From assembly GCF_001194135.2 (NCBI RefSeq), contig NC_068982.1, positions 4,548,663 through 4,612,662 on the forward strand: a DNA stretch of 64,000 nucleotides, written 5' to 3'. Below the pieces are notes generated by a model. It had not been told where the DNA came from. It worked only from the letters and a program-made list of their open reading frames with translations, and made no database searches. The stretch's first letter is position 1, and the number at the start of each line of letters is the position of its first letter. The position numbers were made by a program, and so were the translations under genes. The stretch comes from Octopus bimaculoides. Its lineage: Eukaryota. Positions 11,923 through 22,112 of the stretch are shown here, in pieces.

Positions 11923-12494
11923 CGCTGATTTCTTACACTGGTCGAATGTATCACCGTACATCTCTTAATTACTTATAAGTGTCCAGGATTATTCGAAAGT
12001 TTTTTCGAGGCAGATTTTGTTTGCTTTGTGAATGTTCGACCAATAACTTAATGCTTCTGGTGTAATTTTGTTTGTTGTCTGCAGTTGTTTAAGCAACCAT
12101 TACTAAATCCAATGTTAACGACCCTATTAAATCTGAGATTTCGTGTAGACAAAATAAATCAGTGATTTGTTTCGTTTTGGCGATCTCCAGTTAGTTGTGT
12201 TCCTTTTTAGATTTAGTGATTTCTGTTCATTGCTGTCGATTTTTGCACACAGTCGAAGGCATGCATTGCTCTCGTCCTGCACGTCTGAGTCAGTTAATTA
12301 AGACAGTTATACATTTATATACATTTGTGTTTTGTTCGTTGTAAGTTGTTAATGAATTCGATGATTTGTTTAGTGAAAGATTGTTAATTGCCAGTAAGTT
12401 TCTTCGGTGGGGTGGGGGTGGGGGTGGGGGCNNNNNNNNNNNNNNNNNNNNNNNNNNNNNNNNNNNNNNNNNNNNNNNNNNNNNNNNNNNGGTG

Positions 12495-13080
12495 GGGGCA
12501 GGGTTAAGTTCATTACATCGACCTCAATGCTCAATTGGTTTTTAGTTTATCGCCCGAGAGAAAATGAAAAGCAAATTTCGACCCCGGTGAAGTCTGAGCT
12601 CAGAACGTAATGACGGACGAAATGACTTGAGCATTTTGCTCGGTTCGTAGCCTTAAATTACAAATTGATATTAATCATGTAACGAGGCGGCGGTGGCAGA
12701 ATCATTAGAACGCTGGATAAAATGCTTAATGGCATTTCATCCATCTTTACGCGCAGAGTTCAAATTTCAACGGGCTCGACTTTGCCTTTCATCCTTTTGG
12801 GGTCAATAAAATAAGTAACAGTTGAGCACTGGGGCTGGTGTAATCGACTCAGCCCCTCCTCTTGAATGACTGGCCTTGTGCAGAGATGTTAAACCGATAT
12901 TAATATCTAATTGGCACGCAAGGCCAGCAATGGAGTAAGACGATAGCCACAACCTTAGTAACTGGCCAGTACCTTACTTTAGCGACACTGGAAGGACGGA
13001 GGACACAATTGATCTCCGTGGGTTTCGACCTCTGCACAAATACCACAACTCATTTTGTCCGATGATTTAATGATTCAGCC
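12495..13080. mobile_element. Cluster of three family B/B-related SINE pieces (12495-12640 minus, 12686-12905 plus, 12915-13080 minus)
   Basis: Recurring gagttcaaattt...gactttgcctttcatccttt and cacaaggccagcaa motifs. Confidence 0.75.
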
Positions 13081-13387
13081 CATCTCCTACACTAATTGTA
13101 TAATTAATAAACGATGCATCTAATAATAGATATATCACAAATCCATTTAAAGCAGTGTTGCTTCCTTAGCAGTCGTTAGATGGATATCTATAATCCATGG
13201 CAGTACAAAAGAAACAGAAACCTAAGCTAAATTGAAAAGGCATCGCATTTCTCGATTAAATTAGTCTATAACTTATTTTAGACTTTACTTTGTTCTGCCA
13301 CGAACATAACCCTGAAATAACCAGTGTACTTAGCAGAGAGTAAGCAGTGTAGGGCGATATATTTCACCACCATTAGAAGTAGGTGTA

Positions 13388-13627
13388 CAGTAATCTCTCG
13401 CCATATCGCGGTTCACCTATTGCGGTTTATTATTTGAGCTTACGTCGATTCCTCTGTGGTGTTGCTTTGCATTTATAATACAATAAATATATACAAATAT
13501 ACAAATATATACAAATTATAAAAATAATAAAAAAGACATACAGTACAGTACTGTTTTTGCTTCGCGGATTTTCAGCTATCACGGGTGGTTTTGGAACGCA
13601 ACAACTGCGATAGTCGAGGGTTTACGG
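13388..13627. mobile_element. pogo/Tigger-like (Tc1-mariner) MITE
   Basis: TA target duplication (13386-87, 13628-29); imperfect TIRs cagtaatctctcgccatatcgcggtt / aactgcgatagtcgagggtttacgg. Confidence 0.75.
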
Positions 13628-14266
13628 TATCTTATAACTGATGAGAGCTTTGTTTGGTAGCAATGTCGAATTAAATTCCTCCAGTGAGTTTTGTTTCATA
13701 ATGATAGGCAAAACCTGCGCCGCTTACGTAAATAGAAGCAAATCTGACACTGAGATTCACATCACAAATATTGTTTGTATGATTTGAAACTAACAAGTAG
13801 TTACGATGTCAGACAAAACTGAAAAAAACAAAAAAAACAAATTGAATTCAATAGTATATAATTTTACAGTAAATGCATTTTGCAAAAGTATCAAGAAACG
13901 AAGAGTAGAATTACTAATTCTACAATTCATGCATCAAATAGCAATATTTTTTTAATATTAGATATGATCTAGCATTCATAGAAACACTCGCATGATGCTG
14001 TGTATGGCTTAAATTTATAATTTTCTTTATAAAGTGAAACGATTTTATCACGTTCACTTCCTCTCTATGAAAAAGATGTACTTTAATCAATATTATTCGT
14101 TTAAGCTTCTTAGTTATTTCTATTGACCCGAACTGACATGTTTCAATCCTATTGTTATGGCTCAAACTTTCCTTTTTTTCCCGTTCATTGAAAACGTATA
14201 ATTCTGTTACGATTAAACAAAAAGAATGCGCGTGGAGAAGCTGATAAGTTTATCATTTATTATATA

Positions 14267-15440
14267 CTAGTAGGAGACCCGGCGTTGTCCAGAAAGCAGA
14301 GGAGTGAAGTGGCGGCCACATTCTTCAAATGAGATCGGAGTAATTCGGAATAGACTTTTAAATTCTGAGTAACAGGGAAAGACGATGAAAAGAAGACATA
14401 CTGCTGGCAAATCAGAGACAAGCATTTCTTAGCGAAGAATTTCACATAGACAGCGTGCAGTTTTTCTATTTCGAACATTGACAGAAAGGGAAAGTCCATT
14501 ATATAATCTTTCATGTGAGGAACAGAGTTCGCCCATTGCAACTGAAACCCGTTCAATGTTTGGCCTTGAGATTTATCGAAGGACACGGCAAAGGTTAGGA
14601 GTAAAGGAGTGTTAAGCCTCATCGATAGAAATGATACGAGTTCACGGAATGAATTATTTTCTCATTTGCTACATCCGGTGAGTATTGTAGTCTGAGTAAC
14701 ATGACACTTCTGATTCGTAACAGCTGGCCTCAGTACTTTATAATATGTGGTAGATTCAGATTAAGCCGATGTATGATGGATGAAACACGAGATACGTGAA
14801 AGAACTCATGTTGCTTCTTGAAACGTACATTCATTTCAAGCAGTCATTCCGCATTTTCTTAAAACCTCTGCAATCCCATCTTCTCAGCTGAAATCACATT
14901 TCGTGTTTTGGTTTCTGATCAATTTGGAAAGGAATCTGAGTGAAGCATGATTTTCTGCACGTGCGGCACTGTTCATTATACGCAAATCCCCAAAAGATGA
15001 TGGATTCGTAATGTTATAAAGCTGCACACAAATGTGGATTGTGGATTTTGAAGTATATTGTAGACTCCTGGCACAATTGTATTTTTGAAAATTCCAAGAT
15101 GACGACTGCATTACTAGGAGTAAAAAGATGAGATTTCCGGAAAAGCTATGTATGTGAAAAGGGATCGTCTTCATAAAGGTTTCACAAGAAAGGCAGATTT
15201 TTATTTTTCAGTTAGTGACTGATGGAAAATATTTCCTTCAGAAAAATAATCTCTGTTCATTTTCCAGGAAAATATTTGGCTATTACAGAGAGTTAGTGTT
15301 TTTCTTCATGATTAAGAAATTAAAAAAATATGCCATAATGTTTCGCTGCTGCATAGGTATCTTCTCAACCTGGACTTGGCTGTTAAAGGCGTTTGTATTT
15401 TACTTTTGAAGAGCAAATATAGCAACGTTAGATGATAGGC
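14267..15440 (-). mobile_element. Internally deleted Helitron (RepHel fragments and 3' end)
   Basis: Minus strand: NIFLENEQRLFF, LYEDDPFSHT and NPSSFGDLRIMN (like HLENxQRVYF and GPTSFEDLRTVNG), then PLLLTFAVSFDKSQGQTL (like PIF1 motif FAMTINKSQGQTL); ends with subterminal ggacaacgccggg hairpin and CTAG|T at 14270-14267. Confidence 0.85.
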
Positions 15441-16671
15441 TTACCTACTATCACTCACTAATTGACTTGACTTAACTATCAGAATTTGACATCTGATAGA
15501 GACATAAGTAAGAACTGAATTATTTTCCCTAGGTTGTCAATCTCAGTTTCGTTATTGTTTCTAATTTATTACCCTAATTACAAACCCTCCTTCTATGAGA
15601 CTTTTCGTAAAGTGTAGTGAATCCGTATCTTCATCAATACGAGGTTTTCCTATTAGTTTCCTAGGTTAACTTTGAAATATTTATTAAGAATTTTTATAGA
15701 AGTACTGGAAATAAGAGCCCTCATGGGCCTCAACTATTGTTATTTATTTTGATAGTATCAGCAGTAACTTGATCACGTGCACAGCGTGGAAATTGCTATA
15801 CGTAGAGTGAACTTATGTTTTTCAATTAGAATATGTGTAAGAGGAATTTTCTTTTTACCATTCTTTTTAACTGGATTGGAACATGCTTTTCTCAAAGTAC
15901 TATCCAGTTTATCAGTGGGCTGTTCGTAAATCGCCGAAAAGTATTGAGATCGTAATACCATCACGCAATGACCGCAACGTTGTAGTACTGAAGATGTCAT
16001 ACTTCGTTATAAAGTGCATTATTTTAAACAGCTTTTGTCAAAAATCCCTGGCGAGGCGAAGAAATACTGTTAATGCCTTGAATATTATATATTATAAGTA
16101 TTGAGGCGTGGTTTATGTTGATTCTTAATTTCCTTCTATCGGCGGCTTCTTTATGTATAAACCGCAGCGCACCGCCAGAGGCTGACACTTCTGTTTGCTA
16201 CTGTATACTTCATGCGTATTTGAAAAGATCAACATTGGGACGTGACTGATACTTGTCCCTTGCAGGGTCGGTTTTTCTAATTTTATGGTCTAGAAAAATT
16301 TAAGTTAAAATTTCACCTCAGTTTCAGTTACTGCTACTGAACTGTCTGATTGAGTGTCGCATAAAGAACTACAAACGTATTTGAACAGAATGCCCGTAAA
16401 AATGTTACTAAGAAACTTATGTTTTACATATTAACAACGAATGAGAAAGTGGAAATAAATATTGAGAGACTTCGTAAGGAAAGGCGAGATAAATGTATCA
16501 AGTAATACATAGAAATTGTGTCGTGTCACAAAAGGAATTAGCTTTTAAATATTGATCAATAATGAATCATAAAGGAACTAGAAACGGATTACGAAAAGCT
16601 TATAATTGAATGGAAAGACAGGAGGTGTATGAACACCAACAAAATGTTACAGAATCATTTATCATATTCTG

Positions 16672-16678
16672 AATGATG

Positions 16679-16741
<63 letters not shown>

Positions 16742-16742
16742 G
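16672..16742. repeat. (AAT)n microsatellite
   Basis: Direct reading. Confidence 0.97.
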
Positions 16743-16745
16743 TAA

Positions 16746-17048
16746 GTTTTGGCACCAGTATAAGTCAAGACATGACAGAGCTGGTCAATGGTTATTATCT
16801 CGGTATTATAAAATCAAAATGTTGACAAGTGATATAATCCCCACCCTGAGGCTGTAACTGAGGGAGAAAATGTAACGATTCTTTGAGACTTTGCAGTACA
16901 TGCAGATAGTATCTTAAAAGCTAATTAAGCGCATACTGTTGTAAAAAACCCCAAAATAATAATCTTTGTTTCTTGATTGACATGGGTATGATCTGTAATC
17001 ATGATATTTCGGTAAAAGAACTTGACAAATATAGAAACTATAAGCATA
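16746..17048 (+). mobile_element. R4/Dong-clade LINE fragment (restriction-like endonuclease region)
   Basis: Frameshifted translation YKSRHDRAGQW...HPEAVTEGENVTIL*DFAVHADSILKAN...LCFLIDM...VKELDKYRNYK parallels RHDxVG...HxPxxVxE...ILWDF...ANRPD...LID...KE. Confidence 0.75.
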
Positions 17049-17386
17049 GGCGCAGGAGTGGCTGTGTGGTAAGTAGGTTGCTTACCAACCACATGGTTCC
17101 GGGTTCAGTCTCACTGAGTAGCACCTTGGGCAAGTGTCTTCCACTATAGCCTCGGGCCGACCAAAGCCTTGTCAGTGGATTTGGTAGACGGAAGCTGAAA
17201 GAAGCTCGTCGTATATAGATCGCCGGCCATTACACACTCTTTTTTTTTCTCTCCTTGTTTATTTTTGTGTTCCTTTCTGTGGAATAGCATAGGCTCGAAA
17301 CGTTGAAGACGTTTTCACTTCACGAGCGTTATACTAATACATCTGTTTGTTGTCTACACCACCTGCCTTCGTCTTTTGTTTTTTTT

Positions 17387-17468
<82 letters not shown>

Positions 17469-17740
17469 ATGTGTGTGTGTGTGTGTGTGTGCACGTGCGT
17501 GCGTGCGTGTGTGTGTGTGTGTGTATGTGTGTGTATGTTTGTGTGTCTGTGTTTCCCTACCATCGCTTGACATTCGATGTCGGTTCGTTCACTTCCCCGT
17601 AACTTAGCGGTTCGTCAAAAGAGATCCGATAGAATAAGTACTAGGCTTACAACGAATAAGTGCTGGGGTGGATTTGTTCGACTGAAGGCGGTACTCCAGC
17701 ATGGCCGCAGTCAAATGACTGAAACAAATAAAAAATAAAT
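17049..17740 (+). mobile_element. SINE family A with nested insertion
   Basis: Head 17049-17215, foreign insert 17221-17395, (TC)n(TA)n(TG)n, 3' half 17545-17740. Confidence 0.9.
17221..17395 (+). mobile_element. Penelope-like pLTR-type repeat fragment with decayed hammerhead motif
   Basis: CTTT-[CTGTGGA]-A-TAG catagg CTC-GAAA-CGTT-GAAG at 17273-17308 keeps the hammerhead topology with several substitutions. Confidence 0.45.
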
Positions 17741-18849
17741 AATTCCATATTGAATTATGAAAGACATGATAGAACTTAAAACACACAAGGGATGTATAGA
17801 TATAATTAAATGCCACAGAGACACGCTGCGATTGTGAACAATAATAGATTTGTTTTTATGGGCGATTGTTTAGTAATTTTCCAGCCAAGAGAGCGCAAAC
17901 GCACATTCAAACAATATGTACTGTGTCAAACATTTTCACCATTATAAACGTTCGAATATTTCTGACGATATTTAAAAATTGATCGTTGTTAACTCGAAAA
18001 TATAAAAGCGACGCAAATGTCAAGTCAAGAAAGCCTCTTCAAAAGATAAGAAACAGAAGCGGAGTAACTTCAATCCCTCTTATAATCAATTTAAATTTTT
18101 ACTTAGCTCATTTGAGCAAAATATCATTTCGATGGGTATATACGATCAATCCATTATATTCGGTGGCTAAACCACCGAACGTCTGGATTAAAGATCAGCA
18201 GTGGATATTCTAAATCGGCGATGTTTTGACTTGTAGATAACTTTCTAACCAACATATTCCTCTCGAAATAGCTCAATATATCTAGCTCTTAACGTGATAG
18301 CAAAAACTTGTTATAAACAGCAAAACATGACCTTATTTATGATTGTTTCATTTGCTTGCCGGGTGTATTTTATTTCTTTCAGTATTCGCTCGACTCAACT
18401 GATTTGTCCTACATGTAGCATATGAAAGCGAAGCTTTGAGTTATCTATCAACGACCTGCTTTTAGGAGTCACGATATAATAATATCCATTTAATTAAGCA
18501 AATTAATTATCTAATCAACCTAGACACAAATTCAGTATTTGGGCCCACATAAAGAGAACAGAAACTAATTATATTAAATCTTTTAACCGTCATTCCAATA
18601 TATCGATCATTTCGACGAAGTTAATCAACTGAATGGGAGTTTCGTGTAGATAAGGCTAAACCAATAGAATGATAAAATGATTATTAAATACTTTACAGTA
18701 ATCGGTTTCATTTCCTTGTTTTCTAAGTTTTGATCAGCTGTGGTTCTATTTCCCATTTTTATGCCGGTGTCACTGGGCTAGTAATTAGAAGTGCTGAAAT
18801 ACAGTCGCCGTGAGTGGAAAGATAGATCAATAAACGATAAAATCAATAT

Positions 18850-19170
18850 CCCCCTTTTATTAGCTTAGCCATTTAATCAAGCTAAACCAGGCTAATACTG
18901 CAGACAACAGCAGTGTAGTTTCAAAGGCCGGAATGTAATCTTCTATAACACCAATGAGCATGGAACTAATATACCAGTGGAAGGTGAAATATTTGGAGCT
19001 GGAAGACGGAATCCTTTAAAAGGAATGAAGAAATACGTCATCGAAATAGAAACCTCTGGAGATTAATAGTTCGTTTTTGATAGAACAAAGATTTTTGGAA
19101 AACAAGTATTTATTGGGATAATCATGCTTCTCCCAATGGTATGTAAAATGAAATGGAATTAACTAGATCT
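18850..19170 (+). pseudogene. Decayed SPRY-domain-like coding relic
   Basis: Stitched frames give KPG*(W)..NSSV...IFYNTNEHG...FGAG(DGI)..GMK...FVF....G...SPNGM*, paralleling the SPRY pattern PGW..SxGYHxDDGxxF...FGxGDxIGCG...VFFTKNG...PxGLYP. Needs frameshifts; eye alignment only. Confidence 0.35.
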
Positions 19171-20520
19171 TCTATTGACAGTTTAATATAGCTGAAAGCT
19201 TGAAAGCTTAAATTACTCTGGTGAAGGCTGAGATTTTAGGAGATTAATTAACTTTGAAATAGAAAACAAAAATACAGCAGTCAGAAAATGTACGTATTTC
19301 TAGATAATATCAAGTTTATACTTAAGTGAATTAAAATCTGGACAATTTAAACAATGAAACTTCGATTTTTTATTTGGTTTGTAAGATTCTTAATGTGAAT
19401 TCATGTGTTGAAACAAATGTGTCTCGAGAGGGTCATTACGCTAATAATAATAAACACTTGCACTGGTTCAATATTACTTCTTTACTGTTAAACAATTGGT
19501 TAAATATCAAACTAACTAATAGATCGTTTGTTTAATGCACTGGTTAAACAATCAATTATTTCTTTCTTCGTCAAATTTCTTTCGTCGCTGTTTACGACCT
19601 TTTTAGTGGCTTGCCCCCGCTTTCACTGAAACAATTAAATTTATTTGGAAACTGACTACGTCGAGAAGAAATAAGATTAAAATTTGAACACTTGATAGAA
19701 ATGTTACATAATCTGTAATAAAAAGTAAGACAATAAATGTCACTTTCGGGAGCACAAAAAAGTGTTATATTCATTTTGTTTAATGTATTTTATCTAGAAT
19801 GTCACGGATCTTGCTTTTCTAAATGAATTTTGTTTCTAAATACACGGCCTGTGGAATAACATTAAGCACATTTTTTGATGCCACACTGGAAAAATGCCAG
19901 TCCTACTGCTTCAAACTCAATGCATAATAAAACTTACTTGGATTCATAGCAATTTATCTATGATTCCCAGAATAGATATTTCACTAGAAAAAATTCCAAT
20001 AGTTCTCTGAAATCCATTCCAGAATATTTCTTTCTTCGCGTTTAAAACTTCTTTAAAAATATTAACAATACATTTTCCAATTAATTTAGCGTAATATCCT
20101 TTTAATTGTTAACATTTTATTTTTTACATATTAAACCAGTTGAACATAATTTAGAAAGAAATGTTTTAAGCATTGAAATTTCCTTGACAGGAATGGTAAA
20201 ATAGTTGTGATAATGATTTCTATAAAAATCTTATAGAAATTTCCAACGAAGTGGGATCTAATCCAAATGCTATGAAGAAAGAAGTTTCTGTGAATCAGAT
20301 AGAAATTCAATTCTCACTTGAAGTCAATGTTATGTCAGTATTCTTTATAACAGCAACGCACTTCCTCGCTTCTTTTCTTTCCACTATGAAAGATCAAAAT
20401 CAAAGACATTTGACCTAAAAACATCACATTCTCTACTCGAAGTAAACTAATGCTATTTTGAACAGTTTCTTCTAATCTGTTTCCATTTATGCAGGACATA
20501 AAAAAAGAAACTTCAAATTA

Positions 20521-20960
20521 GCGCAGGAGTGGATGTGTGGTACGTAGCTTGCCTACCAACCACATGGTTCTGGGTTCAGTCCCACTGTGTGGCACCTTGG
20601 GAAAGTGTCTTCTACTATAGCTTCGGGCCGACGAAAGCCTTGTTAGTGGATTTGGTAGACGGAAACTGAAAGAAGCCCGTTGTATATATATATATATATA
20701 TATATATTATGTATGTATATGCTTGTATGTATGTATGTATATGTTTGTGTGTCTATGTTTGTCTCCCCAACATCGCTTGACAACCGATGCTGGTGTGTTT
20801 ACGTCCCTGTCACCTAGCGGTTCGGCAAGAAGGACCGATAGAATAAGTACGAGACTTACAAAGAATAAGTCCTGGGACCGATTCGCTCTACTGAAGGCGG
20901 TGCTCCAGCATGGCCACAGTCAAATGACTGAAACAAATAAAAGAATAAAAGCATAAAAGA
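20521..20960 (+). mobile_element. SINE family A, full length
   Basis: Head, central (TA)n/(TATG)n, 3' half and aaaagaataaaag tail. Confidence 0.95.
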
Positions 20961-21464
20961 AAATATGAACAAAATAAATCTGCTTCTCTGTTGTTCCTCC
21001 AATAGCGCCTGTGGTCTTAGATGTATTGAACTAGTCTTTACTGACTCTCAGATATCTGGAAATGTTTTAACAGTTTCTTTTATGACAGTGTCTAGTTTCG
21101 GAAATGATTCTAATTCATGGCACAAAACAGGCGAAAAGCATCTAATGCACATTTCAAATACATCCAATCCACTTTCTACGTTTATCTAACGAGACAGCTT
21201 CTCAACGGCTTTATACAGTCCCAGCTAAATAAAACTTGGTTCATTAACAATTTTTTTAGTCATCTAAATATAAATAATAAATGGAAGTTTTCAGGTTCTG
21301 TTATATTGATTTTCACTTATTTTGAAAAATATTTGAAAACAATGTTTAACTATTTCGATCAGGTCGTTTATTTCGGGTGCAATCCTACTGTTGACTTTTT
21401 CGCAGAGGCTTTACATATTCCATCGGAAAGGATTTTTCAAAAATAACATTTCTTACTCTCCTAA

Positions 21465-21592
21465 CACCACCATCACCACCACCACCGCCACCATCACCAC
21501 CACCACCACCAACAACAACAACAATAACAGCAGCAATAACAACAGCTCAGCAGCAGCAACAGCAACAACGGCAACAGCAGCAGCAGCAACAA
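21465..21592. repeat. Compound trinucleotide repeat (CAC)n-(AAC)n-(CAG/CAA)n
   Basis: Direct reading; no splice signals or flanking ORF support coding use. Confidence 0.85.
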
Positions 21593-21680
21593 TAGGAATG
21601 ATTGACTTTATTTGCCATATATGACGAGGGAAAAAATGTCGATTAATGAGAAAGACGAGATAGAAAGTAAATTTAGTAAA

Positions 21681-21842
21681 ACAGGAGTGGCTGTGTGGTA
21701 AGTAGCTTGCTTACCAACCACATGGTTCCGGGTTCAGTCCCACTGCGTGGCACCCTGGGCAAGTGTCTTCTACTATAGCCTCGGGCCGACCAAAGCCTTG
21801 TGAGTGGATTTGGTAGGCGGAAACTGAAAGAAGCCCGTCGTA

Positions 21843-21901
<59 letters not shown>

Positions 21902-22112
21902 TTGTGTGTCTGTGTTTGTCTCCCCAACATCGCTTGACAACCGATGCTGGTGTGTTTACGTTCCCGTAACTTAGCGGTTCGGCAAAAAGAGACCGATAGA
22001 ATAAGTACTAGGCTTACAAAGAATAAGTCCCGGGGTCGATTTGCTCGACTAAAGGCGGTGCTCCTGCATGGCCGCAGTCAAATGACTGAAACAAGTAAAA
22101 GAGTAAAAGAGT
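21681..22112 (+). mobile_element. SINE family A, full length, closest to consensus
   Basis: A-box-like TGGCTGTGTGGT, B-box-like GGTTCAGTCCC, internal (TA)n(TG)n, (AAAAGAGT) tail; imperfect flanking duplication agtaaatttagtaa / agtaattttagaaa. Confidence 0.97.

Noticed and set aside
11980-12330. Tc1 transposase N-terminal fragment on minus strand
   Set aside because: Only a vague TTA..RSIK similarity; cannot be supported.
21465-21592. Poly-H/poly-Q-like transcription-factor exon
   Set aside because: No splice sites or folded-domain context; typical drifting trinucleotide repeat.
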